A DNA stretch of 64,000 nt from Catajapyx aquilonaris (lineage: Eukaryota). The DNA is taken from contig KZ538393.1 in assembly GCA_000934665.2 (NCBI GenBank), forward strand, positions 1 through 64,000, in the 5' to 3' direction. The notes beneath the pieces were generated by a model. It ran no database searches. It saw nothing but the letters and a program-made list of their open reading frames with translations, and had not been told where the DNA came from. Positions 21,601 through 34,561 of this stretch are shown piece by piece. Each line of letters begins with the position of its first letter. Positions within the stretch are counted from its first letter, which is position 1. The position numbers were made by a program, and so were the translations under genes.

Positions 21601-21918
21601 GTTCGTTGTTGAAATGTAGGAGAAGGTTTTGGCGTAGGCTCAATGGTAGGTTGTGTCAGAAAAGATGGAGGAAACGGCTGATTTTGTCATATTGCGAATA
21701 TCGTAATTGCAGACTTGATAATTTGCACACAACCGTATACATTGCAATTAATTATTTTTTACTCTACAAGTAGTGTACAGTACATAATGAAGACAAGCAC
21801 AAACGTATTTGCTAGCAATGGTTATAATTTATGAATATTTTTATTGCGAATAATATTTTTCTCTGAATGTTATTGGAGGGTTGAAGTACAATCTAATTGC
21901 ATGTTTTTTCTAGAGGAA

Positions 21919-22185
21919 ATGTCGCTGCAATTCTTCCGCTCTGCTTGCGGATTGGCTTCGTCCTTTCTGCGGTCATCTCTGCAGCTGCCAGGATCCGGCC
22001 TGCTTGGACCGGGACCCTCTGGATTGTTGCAGCAAGTCCGGACAAACATAAGAATCCACTTTCCAAGGCCCATTGAGACGAAGAGGGTCAACAAGCACGG
22101 GTGGGCCGCCAGGATGGCCACACGCAACGGACGCAATGTTATTAGGAGGAGGATCCTCAAGGGGAGATTTGTTCTGACGCATTAA
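21919..22185 (+). CDS. mRpL34: Mitochondrial ribosomal protein L34 (bL34m), 88 aa, with transit peptide
   Basis: Acid-free Ser/Arg/Leu N-terminus followed by RTNIRIHFPRPIETKRVNKHGWAARMATRNGRNVIRRRILKGRFVLTH* (bL34 signature). Acceptor AG 21912-21913 just upstream of ATG; AATAAA 22199-22204. Confidence 0.93.
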   Translation: MSLQFFRSACGLASSFLRSSLQLPGSGLLGPGPSGLLQQVRTNIRIHFPRPIETKRVNKHGWAARMATRNGRNVIRRRILKGRFVLTH

Positions 22186-25100
22186 AATTACTCCACCCAA
22201 TAAATATGGTAGTCTTCAACTTAAGTTGTTGTCTGACTCCTCTTCATTGAGCACAATCATAAACTGCGTACCTAGCACATGTGTACTGAATTTGTTCGTT
22301 GATAAAGTCATTTTCAGTATGTCTGGATTTGCAAACAGTTTGTGAAGGGTATTCTTCTGCATTGTTTGTCATTTCTGCTAATTTAGTAAGTATTATAAAT
22401 AATATTAATGTAACAATATTAATTAATTCCTCCTTTGCTGATTACCCCTAATAGCAGGAGTGCTAATAGTGATAAATGTGAGGTTGATGATGACAAGAAT
22501 GTTAATTAATTTCACTCGAGGCATAATCCCGTCAGCGATGCCCAGGTACAATCCACCTGGCCATCTCGTATGAATATTAATAATATAATAATTATTATGA
22601 ATATTGATAATATTGTCATAATTAACAATGTAATAATGTAGCTTCTAATTCTAAGTGCATTGTTATTACGAGTATTAATTACAATTGATATGAAATTCAG
22701 ATTTAAATACATTAATATTATGATATTAAAATAAACATTTGATAATTATAATTAATGTAATGATGATGCATAATAATTATTACTACTAATATAATTTTTA
22801 GTGGTTATAGCTTTTGCTTTCTGGTGATAACTTGCTTCCAGTTGTTTTCTGTGTACTTCTTGTACCAAGATGAACTTCCAGCAGAGGTCAATTTTCGTAA
22901 TAATTCCATGCAATATTAATTGGTCATAATCGAGAAAAAACCAATTTCGAAACACATTTTGTACCTTCCCGCCGCACATCCCAACAGGGTGACCTAAACG
23001 TGAAAGAGTCCCTTGTGCATCTGGCAACACTTTGTTCATTTTTCTTGTTCTTTTCTCTCTCTCTCTGGCCCTTCATTCCGTTACCCTGTTTCGCTGCTCA
23101 TTAATGGACGACGTTGCTTGTTCGGTGCTGGTTCTGCCTCCGAGTTCGAAGGATTCCTTCTGCCCTTAGCAGGAGACAAGGGCCGGCACCCACGGGTCAA
23201 AGGGTAAGCCTGGGTTATTCCCACTGTAATTACGCGATTGAATAATTGGAAGGGTGGGCAATAATGAGTGTTCGATTTTTTTAAAAAGTTGTTTGTTGTG
23301 GCGGTTTTTTGGTTCCTTATTTTTTGGGGGGAGGTTACGTCACCTTGGGCTAAGTAGTGTTTGCAAATAGAGTGTTATGTAAGGATGGTAGTATTTTCAT
23401 GCACTGACCTACATCATGGGTGAAGTGGAGGGGGGGCCACATGTCACGATTAATCAAGGAGCGGTTTATTTCTGAGGTGGTCAAAACCACTTGCCCGTTG
23501 TGTTATGCCATTTCAGTAGAATTAATACGATGCTGACAAGATTTACTTGAAGCTGTGCAGGTTATAAGTTGAAGGGCAAGAGTCACATTTGAAATTCTGA
23601 AGCTTGGAAGCCGAAAAGAGCAAGAGTCGCATTTCTTCCAACATTAAGAGTGAGTAAAATAAGCGCAAAGCATAGGACAAATAACAGTGTTTTAAAAATT
23701 TGGATGACATTTCAGATATGTTGAATGTGGTGCTGGCTGCGGGTTCAAATTTTAGTGCAGTTAATTGCGATTTCAACCGATGACCATGCCTGTGCAATAT
23801 AGTCGTTTCCACCTCAGCGACCTATTCAGTCCGATAACGGATGTAAATTATTCATGACATATGTATTGACATGTGTTGAGGCAGATGGCATAAATATGCT
23901 AATTAGACATTCCTTTTGAAGTTGCAGGTCTCTATTTTTGGTGTTAAATTTCGAGAAATTCATGCACGGAAAGGTCATGGCTGAATTGCGTTGCATGCAG
24001 CCTGAATTTCATAGCTCAGAATTACACATGTAGTTCCATAAATGACTGCATACCTATTATTTTGTGGCACATGGTCAAATGCAGTAGAATATTTATGTCA
24101 CCTGTAGTAGTTGTGCATGAGGCACCTAGCTCAAGGTGATGTGGGACTGAAAGAAAATTGTCGAGATTTTCCATCATATCCCAGGTAGATTAAATCACTG
24201 GTCCGTCGATGATTTTATTCCAGCAGTGTAATTGGAAGGGGGGAAACGGTTGACTGGAGAATATTCATCCGCCCCAATCCACATCGATCCTTGGGAATTG
24301 GATATCCCACCATCCTATTCATACGTTACGTCATTAAGCCTGCCATCCTTCAAGATACTATTTTCGTTTTTTAAAAATGTCCTCACCCATGCTGAACGGT
24401 ATAAATGGCAAATAGAATTCACTCCAACCCCTGCACCAGTTCAATGCAGATTTTGCTAATTTGGTATGCATAAATGCGTTCGCACCCCCGCCATCCCTCA
24501 TTGCCTAGTGTTGCTTTCACATCCCAGGAAATGCAACTGTTACTTTCACCCACTGTTTTCACATGATTTGCAGAGCTAGAAAGTAGGGTTCAGGGGCAGT
24601 GGAGTGATTTTTTCCTCTTTCAGACTGCCGCTGTTATCAATCGGTTTTGTAGGGTAGAAATTGTGCAAGTATCAAAGGGCAAGGATTGCAGCAGCATGTA
24701 TTTTCCAATGTTGTCGCTCCGGTGTTACTAATAGCTCAGTAACTTTGTTTCAAATCTGAAAAGTCATGCGATTTTTGGTAATTTTTTTTTTTTTAATTGC
24801 CCTCCCATGATATAGGGAATGACACGTGAGGTGACGTGACCTTCGATCCCTTCCCTTGAACACACCAGGCAGTAATCAACTCCCGTGTCAATCCAATGGA
24901 TAGCGATCGGTATTATACATGTTGAGGCAGCATGTTGCAGGGAATGCAGTCGTGGCATGCGTCCATGGAATAGTGCGAAATTATCCCGTTAGGAAGAGAA
25001 AAAAAAGCAGAAGCTGGCCGTGCAAGCCTTTTTTGCTCACTTGCTTGTAACAGTAAGTGGTCAGGAAGACGATGCGAATATGTGCATGGACTGGTTCGTA

Positions 25101-28100
25101 TGCTTATTAGAGGGGCGTGTACACAGGCAACCCCCGTTTTTGAGTTGTCCGAATCAGTGTTGCTTGACCCGCCACATGTGACCAGCGTCGTTGCATTAGA
25201 AGATGTACAACAAATTGTGCACTGTACGTACCATATTTTCGCAAAAATTTTGAACCTATGCAACAAATATTTCAATTTTCATAGTTGCAAATTATGAGCT
25301 TCGTTGACTTGAGGTGATGCGAAAGTTGGCCGGGACTTGACGCATTTTACCGGGCACCACGTGTAAGTAGCGGTGCTTGAAAGATGGGCAAATTGGAAAA
25401 GGAGGCGCTTGATGACCTCCAATTGTAATTCAGGCTGGGTACACCTTTGCGAATTCTGGATGCAAAAAACGTTTTCCCACAAACTATTAGCGCGGCTCGG
25501 ACGTGTGAGACTCTTGAGCGCGACGTAATCGGGGAACAGGCGGTTGCTTTTACTTTTTAACGATTACTGTTCCCCGTGCGTGTGTACGGTGCACCATGTT
25601 AGTAACGAACAAGATAAAGGTTTAATTAAATGTTGTGTGAAGGAAGAATTCGTCCAATTAACGTTTTGGCATTTATCCTGTCGAAAACCTCTTCTTTGCT
25701 CATACATGCGCAGGGTGGTTCACTGCTCAAGTCTTCGGTCAAGAGAAGTTGTGATCATTTACTTCAGGAAACCACTTCGAGGAAACAATCGCGACAGAGA
25801 TTCGCTTGTTGTGCTCAACGCATAATATTGCACCCTTTTGTTATTTGAAATAGCGGTGTTGCACCAAATGCTGATTCATGTAGGTGAAAGTAGATGATCT
25901 ATCCACAGGAGCGTTGAGTAATTGTTGCCAGTCAGTGATTAACATCCGTTCCACGTATAGGGTAGACGGTAGAGGATCTACCTTCAGTGGAGCAATATGC
26001 CCTCATAACTCATATTTTTTCTCTTCGAGCCAAATGAAAATTCCTTCATCAAAATGGAGTTTGGGCTATTTAACGTGTGGAATTGAGAATTGAGCCAAAA
26101 ATAATTTTAAAATATAGTTTGTAGCGTTTCCATTGAGAGGGCCTGTTCAGCAGTTAGCGATTTTTTTTTTAAACACCAGAAGCTGTTTACTACTATAAGC
26201 ATTACTTTCAGGAGTCATCGAAAATATCTGCTAATAGGATGAATGCGCGCCTTTTTGAAGTGCCGTGCGGGGGTCAAGGTCGCGACTCAAGGACTTCGCA
26301 CGTTCATCAATGGGCGTAAATTAATGGAAATTCGGATCATAAGCGAATGCACTCGACTTTAGAGGAATACTTGTGATAGCCTTTGAAAGTAAGTGCTTAA
26401 AATTATGAAATTAAGCATTATTAGATTGCTGCTTTTCTATTGGTTGCTGGAGTGAACGTTCCGTGACTTCTTCCTCATCTTTCCCTCCTTGGACTTGGGC
26501 AGTGCACCACCCTGTATTTTCAAGTAAGCAATCGGGCCGTGAAAAGCGAGGAATGAGTGGGGGGGGGTCAGAGGCTAATTAAGTCTGATTAGCGGTTCCG
26601 GAAAAGCCAAAATCCCACCCCACGCGGCGTGGGCGGATTCCTCCAGAGGTCAAAGGTCGCACTTTTCGGAGTAGGAGTGCTGTATAGATGACATAGTGTG
26701 CTCCTCCAGTCCCATACCTCCCCCTCACTTTTTGTCAACCCCCGCAAAAACCCATAACCCCCCCNCCCCCTTCCACCTCCCAGGGCCTACCCCCCCACGC
26801 CCCATTCTATAGGGAAAGTTGAGAGAGTTGCCCGCGCATGCTACAGAACTGGGGGAATCCAGCATCGATTTCATTTGGGAGACGGGGCGAGTCCGGGGCC
26901 AGATACACACTATTGCGGGTTCTCCAGACCAGAGGAGGAGGGACACACAACTTGATTGTCGGCGGGGAAGGAAAGACAAACACACCGCCGGTTTTGGTCA
27001 GTGCGACGCTCGTATATATATGGGATCTGGAGACAGTGGTACCTGTAGTTGAAGTCAGACAATCCTATAGGGTGAGTTCATGGGTGTTGCTTGGGTGGGG
27101 TGGGGGGTGGCGGGTGAGGAGGGGGCGGTGGGGAGGGTTGGACCGCTTTGTGCTGCGCAAATTCGACAAATTGGCACGTATAGACACGTCCTCGGGTGTC
27201 AGGGGTCGCGTTGCAGCTCTCTTGGGTTGGGTTGCTCTCTTTTTTGGGTGGGAAGCAAACCTATAATGTCATAATGCTTGCCTGAGAAATGACAGTCCAG
27301 CAGGTCACACTATCAAAATCAAAAGACAGGTATTGGTGCATTGGTGAAGAAGTTGTGTGTCGTTTAATCCAGCAACCAACGACAATACGACCATGACTCT
27401 GCCGCCTACTGGTTTCTGAAGCTTGTTCATGTTCCCCTCTTTGGGCAATGCAGCACCCTGTATATCACGTGACCATCAGTATAACGGTCTAATGGGAAAA
27501 CCGCCTTTCATCAGAAGACTAGCCAAATAATTCAGGATGTCCATTAGATTGGATGGAGGAACTGCAATTTTAGGCATCCCTGCGGTCATTTTGGCCCTCG
27601 TTGCGGTATACCCAGGCTGTGCTGTAACACTGACGCAAAACCAGTCGCTCATTGCGGGTACTGCATCTCTGTCGTCCGAAAAAAAAGTACATTGTTTCCA
27701 TTCAATTCGAATGAAAGCACGATCTTATCGCTTTTTTTTTTGTAGGACGGCAAATCTGCTCTGGCCAAGAGAAGTGTGTTTGTTCACAATAGTCACGCTT
27801 TGTTGTAATTTGGGCCGAAAGTATTGCTTTAGATGCACAAACTACATCCCGCAAAAATAATTAACTGCTACACCGAATTGTTGCTACGTAGTATTTTTGG
27901 TGTAAAAGCGCTGGATTCACGAAAGGATGCAAGTTATTGTTACTGCCAATATTGCGCCACGTTATTGACACCCATTTTGGCATATTCCCCCATGCGTGAA
28001 CCCCCAATAGGTCGTAAACTATAACATTTGTTGTTGTTTACATGAGTTGAATCCAGCTCCAGGCCTTGATCAGCCCTCCCCAAGTCTAGTTATCCAGAAT

Positions 28101-28877
28101 GTGTGTGTCCATCCCGTTTGCGCCTAATGTTTCGAAGTGGTCCCCAACTAAATGCTGCAGTCTCGCCCCTTTCCGGCACTCACCCCAAACACCCCCTCCT
28201 GCCCCTGAAAAGCCCGAGAGCCGACCCCCCCTTCATCTGAGATTGTGGAAATCGATTGGGCAACGATTTCATCACGGCTGCCCCCTTCCACCATCTCAAA
28301 AAAGTCCCCCCCCNCCCCCCCCCCCCCCCCCCACTCAAGATTGTTCATCCAGTTTGATTATATCCAGAGACGTCCCAGAGAGAAACTAGGGGGGCCAGTG
28401 TTTCCGACGTAATTTTCTGTGTCCGCTCCGAAAATTTGGTGGGCGGTTTAGACTCGTCTGATCTATTTTTAGGAGCGGTTCAATAGCAAGGGAGGGTTTG
28501 TACTGTAAGGTCGGAATACCAAATATCGCGCCGGTGTTGTTCCGAATCTGGAGATAAGGCATGGATGTGGTGGTGTAAATGAAGGTTTGTGTGGTTGGGA
28601 GTAAACCGAGCGTGTAGTAATAGTAGTGGCGCTCATTGATTCTTTCTTGGCTGCTGGGATTGATTCATCATGATGTAGAGTTGGGGGACTATATAGGGTC
28701 TGATAGAGTGTGACCCTGGCCCGGAATGAGCAGGATGTTGTTGCCGTAGGGAAAAACTACTCGTTGCCGGCTTTTCCGATCGATTCTACGCACTGCAAGG
28801 GGCGTAGCCAGCAGGCAGGCAGGCAGGCCACTGTGCAGAGAGAATTTGCAGAAATCAGCAGCCAAAACCCAGGCTGG

Positions 28878-28906
<29 letters not shown>
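28878..28906. repeat. (CA)n microsatellite
   Basis: Direct reading of sequence. Confidence 0.95.
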
Positions 28907-28908
<2 letters not shown>

Positions 28909-30631
28909 CGGGAGGGTCGTCAGATAACGGCAGGCCCCGCCGAAAACAGCGAGTAATCAATGGGGAAAGTGGTATTTGCGCGAGGGATCAGATATGTTCG
29001 GCAGGAGCGGGCGAGTTGTTGACACAAACAAGACTTGTTCCTAAGCTTTGCAGGTTGAATGGGAGGGGAAAAGCACCAGGAAAAACAAATCAAAATAAAC
29101 GGAGAGAGGAAAAACTGTTTTTCGGGTATACGAATCGGAGGTGATTCATGGGGCAATCCTGTCTGCTATAGCAATGTCTACAGTTCAAGAAGGTTTAGCC
29201 CAGAATATTGGAAGCATCAACAATCAAGGTCATTGCTACAATTCGTTACGTTCCGATCAATGTGCCTTTTTGGGTAATGTACCACCCGGTACCGTGGCTT
29301 CTCTTTAAAACTGATTACTAATGTAAACAATCCATAAGTTGGCTTCCAGCCCTTGAACTGTGGACCTATGCACCATCCTGCATAATGTGACATTGGCGAA
29401 AGTCCCTGTTTTTGGTGCAGTGGTGCACGCGTTTCTTGATTGATTTTGTGCAGTGGGTCGGCGTTTATTTTTAAACCGAGAATTCTCATAACGGGGCCGG
29501 ATATAAACCTGATGCTGAATTTTTCATGTGTTGCTCTCTAAAGTTCAGGTCGTTGCGATTTTTTTATTTTTATTTTTCATTTTCAGTGCGAAGTGGTTCA
29601 GAGTGGGTAGTAATTTTATTGCGATTTATATAGTGGGGCGGTCCAGCTCTAACGCAAATGAATTGTGCTAATTGAACATTTTAGCGAATTGTGCAATTGT
29701 AGGTCAACTGTCTCGGCTTCAAAGGGTTATGACATTTGTGATTACAGACTGTTGTGTAGGCAACAAGCACAGTGCGGTTTAATAAAAAAACATGCAGTTT
29801 GCACCTCATGATGTGACTGCACAGTAATGATAATTATTTTATCAACCGTCTGCGTGTATGGAATAATTGCACAATGACAGTATTTAGACACGGATTTTCA
29901 CGAGCAGTTGCTCTCGAAACCGAGTTTCACTTTTGATTTTACGAGCATGACAAGAACTATGGCTCACAATGCAAATGATCGCGTCCGACATCCTGAAACA
30001 CAGTATTTACCACGGAACTTGGCTACTCTCCGCGTATATAATTAAATGCACAGGTGCAAATCTCTCGTACAATGCACGTGTCTCTCAGCTCCCATAGATT
30101 TTCAATGTCCAGCGCAGGTGCGAAATTTAAAAAAGAGGTGAGAGGATCCTTTCTGCTCCTATATAGCTAGATGAATGGAATCAGCTGTTAGTTTGCTAAT
30201 TGTGATTCCGTGCGAATCCTCGTGGGAGGAAATGCAGCCTACTTTCCAGGATGCGCCGAGTTGACAGTTGCAAATAGTTTGCGAATTTAATCATGGGAGC
30301 CTCCGGGGGAGATTTCGCGTACGTTATTACGTATACACGGGAACCCAGTCCTTCCAGCAGCTAATGGCAAGGTGCTTGTCTAGATGGGATTTTCCGACCT
30401 GAGCCTGTGAAGAGGGCACACCTGCTTGGGTTGAAATAAAAATGGGGATTCCTGGCCAAGGTCCACACTCATATTCTGGAGTGCATTATGCATGCACGCA
30501 CGTTACTGCGTGTGTGAGCGAGAAAAAGGCTTGGCGGATCAATAGTAAGGTGTGGGTATAACACACACGCGGGGGGAATATACACGTCGACGAATTGATT
30601 GTAGACGCCATGCTAGACTTGCTGTTAGTAC

Positions 30632-30633
<2 letters not shown>

Positions 30634-30669
<36 letters not shown>
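30634..30669. repeat. (TA)n microsatellite
   Basis: Direct reading of sequence. Confidence 0.95.
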
Positions 30670-30672
<3 letters not shown>

Positions 30673-33600
30673 AAGAGAAGAAGGTATAGCCTATATACAT
30701 ATGGGTTGTTGATCCTAGAAATTGAAATTTATAGTTGTTTTGAACAATAAGAGCCTTATTCAATTGTGTGCTGGACGATTGAGGTGACTTTTGGGGGAAC
30801 TTATTTACTTCTGTCATTTTAGATACCTTACCATGGAAGTTACATGGCACAGAATAGGGGCCTCAAACTGATGGTTACTATACGTTTCTCTAACTCGTGC
30901 ATCAAACTGAGTCTCATTGCTCTCTGAAATGCAGATGGTTTATGCCATTTGGCGCTCACTGCTTCCATTCCACTTGATAGTTATCAGATTTATAATTTCC
31001 GTTATCGGGCGATAACAGCTGACTGATAAAAATTAGCTTCCTGCAGAAATTTTGCCACAGTGATATCTGTCTCACACGGAGCTGTCGAATTCGCGATTTT
31101 TTATGCTAAATTACGCGCAAAAAAAGCGCATAGAACAAGGTTGCCTTTTCTCTGTAAACTGGCATATTCCTGCAGGTATAAACTGGCATAAAAGTATCAG
31201 ACCCTGGCTTTCAGTGTTTCCGAATATGATCTCATGTGATGTATACTAACACCAGACTATTCGAGCGGCTGATCTCTCGGATTTTTTAAAAAAAATTTTT
31301 ACAGTAATGGACAAGTGAACTGGGACACCGTGTGTGTACATGACGTGAAACTTTGAGTTATTAAGGGCAAGGTGCACATCAGTTAACTGATCCCCCCCCC
31401 CTGCGAGCGACGGACCATTCCCTGATTGGTTTTTCATGGGCACCGGAGAGTACCTTGGCGTTGCGTTTGATTTGCTGCCAACTATCGATTAAGCGAGCTT
31501 TAGTCTGCTCCCCAGGTCTTTTGTGTGACGCGAAACTAGTGAAAAAAAAAATTTCACCTCCATTATTGTCACGCACTCTTCCTGAAGACTGCTCCGCCCC
31601 GCAAAACCCCACCCAATCTGCCCGTTTTTGTCAGGAGAGAGAGAGAAAAAAATGCATATTTGCCACAGCACTCTCAGTATTTTCGCGAAGAGACGCAAAG
31701 AGTGAGGTCGTCCGAATATAAACTAAGCGACATTAAGTTATCTGGCGGCAGGAAATATCATTTCCGATTCCGGGGTAAAAAAGGAGATAGAAGGCGCCTT
31801 GCACTTCGGAAGTAACCTACTTCTCAGGCATGACTCTATCTTGCCGGGGCGACTTGAATCGTTAATAAGCCTTTTAAAATATAAATTGGGTCGCTTTAAA
31901 ACTACGGGGGGGATCGTAAGTCACGCGATGGTGATGAAACTTTTATGCACACCCGGTATTTTTGACTCGCTTCTTTTCTTCCCGAGGGATCAGGGCACAC
32001 TGGGGAGTTTTTTTTAAAAAAAGGGTGGGGGATAATGGGGAAAAGAACGTGAAAAGGAGGGGGGGGGGTCGTGTTTACACATGTGAACTGCGGTGTGATT
32101 GCTGGCTGGGTGCCAGGTTTGGTAAGTGCTCTGTATACCGTGCAGCAGCAGCACTGACAGGAACGGTGATTGTTGACGTGGATGGGCCACACGCCTTGCA
32201 TCGGATGGGCCCATGGACACGCTTGATTAGTGGACAAGTTCTGCATAGCGTGAACTGTTTCATGATGAGGACGGTGTGAGCTGCAATTAGAGTGACATGC
32301 TGCGTAAAGAGCGTTATGTCGCGAGGAAATAGCCATTTGAAATTGAAGTCCCAGCATCGACGGGGACGAACTCTGGCAACATGTAGTGTTCCAATTGAAC
32401 GACCCAATAGAACAGGGGCTGATGTCCGAGGCAGCTAGTTGGGATTTAATGAACTAATTAGTTAAAAATTGTTCCCGGTAACGACATCATAAAACCACGT
32501 GTTGTTGGGATGGCCCTTTCAGGCCCATATCGCGTGTTGGGTGTCTAATTTAGTTTTGAGTCGCAAGGTCCGATTTTTCTACCACGATGGACTTCATTAT
32601 TCTGTCGAGCCATTCATGTCATCTAGCTACATGTACACTACACTAAGCTGTTACGTAAAGGGTAATGAAACTTTGCTAATAAGTTTGATAAAGCCTGCAG
32701 GCAACTGCTTGAAAATAAGCGTCTTACTGCCAAAAAAAGAGTAGCTGATTGAAACGGATACTTCAATTTTTATTGGAGAACAGCACTGTACGTATATAGA
32801 TCCTTAGTCAAAGTCACCTTGCCGTCATTTGAATAGTTAAGCGAGGCCATTTGTAAACATTTTCGGGCTGCAGGGCGTGAAATTGTTTTGCAAGGCAGTT
32901 GAGAGATCTTTCTGCGTCACGTGTTGTGACTGGATGCGTACTTCAGCATCGATTGCCTGCGATCTTGAGAGGATTTGACGAAGGAAACAAAGTCGTCCTT
33001 TCCGGGAGATGGCATGAGAGAATCTGTCATTGGGACGTCGCGCATCCGGTATTATTATTTAGAAGTAGCTCCATTTTTAAAACATCAATTACCCTTATGT
33101 TGACCAGTATGGTGTTCAGGGGTCCAGAAACAGCAAATTCGATACGTGGCGCCAGGCCTATTTATGCGTTGCATACTAACAGTACTTCCCACACTTTCGC
33201 ATTGCGTCATTTATTTTACAGTAAGTTCTCGGCATGCAATCCCCCTTGCAATAAATTCAAATAATTATGGTGGGAGTACACTCCTCTCTCTATGGTTATT
33301 ACGCGTGCAATTATGATACCTGCCCTTTTGAAGGATGGTCTTAGCCTGCCGATGTCGAAAGACAATAATAAGCCTGAATATGAACGTATGTACTGTACTT
33401 CTAATCTGATGGCGCCAAGTCCTGTTTATGCATCTGCATGGCACAATAGCTCCAATGTTATGTTCATCAGGGGGTGGTCATGAATTCTGAACAGTTTCAT
33501 GCTGCAGTCATGTAGTACGCGTGTACAGGAGTGACATGCAAATGCATAACTATCTGTGCGTTAATGGCCTCCATTAATGGCTCATATGCATTAACGCAGC

Positions 33601-34561
33601 TGTGAATCTAATCCTAGAAAAAATTGATATGGAGGATTTAAATCCCGTGATTTAACAATCCGCACACTATTCGCTTGGGGAGTTGATTGGGTGCCCCATA
33701 TAGCGTAATACTGCACCAGCTCACATGACCAATAATTATAATTCTTGATGAAAGACACGAGGACGAAATATAATTATGAAAAGTGCATCCTACTTACAAG
33801 AGCGATTTTTGTGTGTAAATAAGTGGATTCGGAACAAAGGGAAGTCGTAATATTCACCTGGCAAGCTCGCAATTAAGAGGGTTCCTATATAGTGCATCAT
33901 TGGCTAAAGGTCAGGCGGAAACGAAGGTCACATTCCTCTTATGTATGTGGCGGGGATAATGGAGCTCGTATGCGCCGTGCAATAGAGAGCTAGACTATAT
34001 AGTCTGAGGGATAATCTGATTAGCATACGTCATGGCGTCGTAGGAGGAGGAGGCTGTTCCTTTCGCCCGGTCTAAATGCGGCACTCGAATTCAATTTCCC
34101 TGCAGATTTCATTCGTTCCGAATCATGCACCTGCGATAAACACTGTGTAGGCGGTAATTGTATTGTACTTGTGCGGCATCCAGCACCAAGTATTGTATAA
34201 ATTACTCGCTGACGTCATTGCCAGGTACCTGTTGAGCTGGATATTTTTTTCCCCCCCCCGAGAGAGCTTTAAGTGGATACGAATACTGATTATGAACATC
34301 GGGTATGTCAATTTTTCTCAACTTGCTGATGTTTTCAGCGAATAATAATAATAATTGTTGTTTTGTTTGTTTCAGGAGGACGGCTGTGGTCAGATGTTGA
34401 AGGAAGTCTTTCGCATCTGGTGACAACACATAGGAAGGACCCTCTTCCCTCCTTTTTATCCCCCCAAAATCCTCCCTTTTCCCCCCCTTCCCCCCACTAC
34501 CCAGCACCCGGAAGTGGGGTTTTCTGTTGTGAAATAGGCGTCCGGAAGAAGCGGCTCAAAG

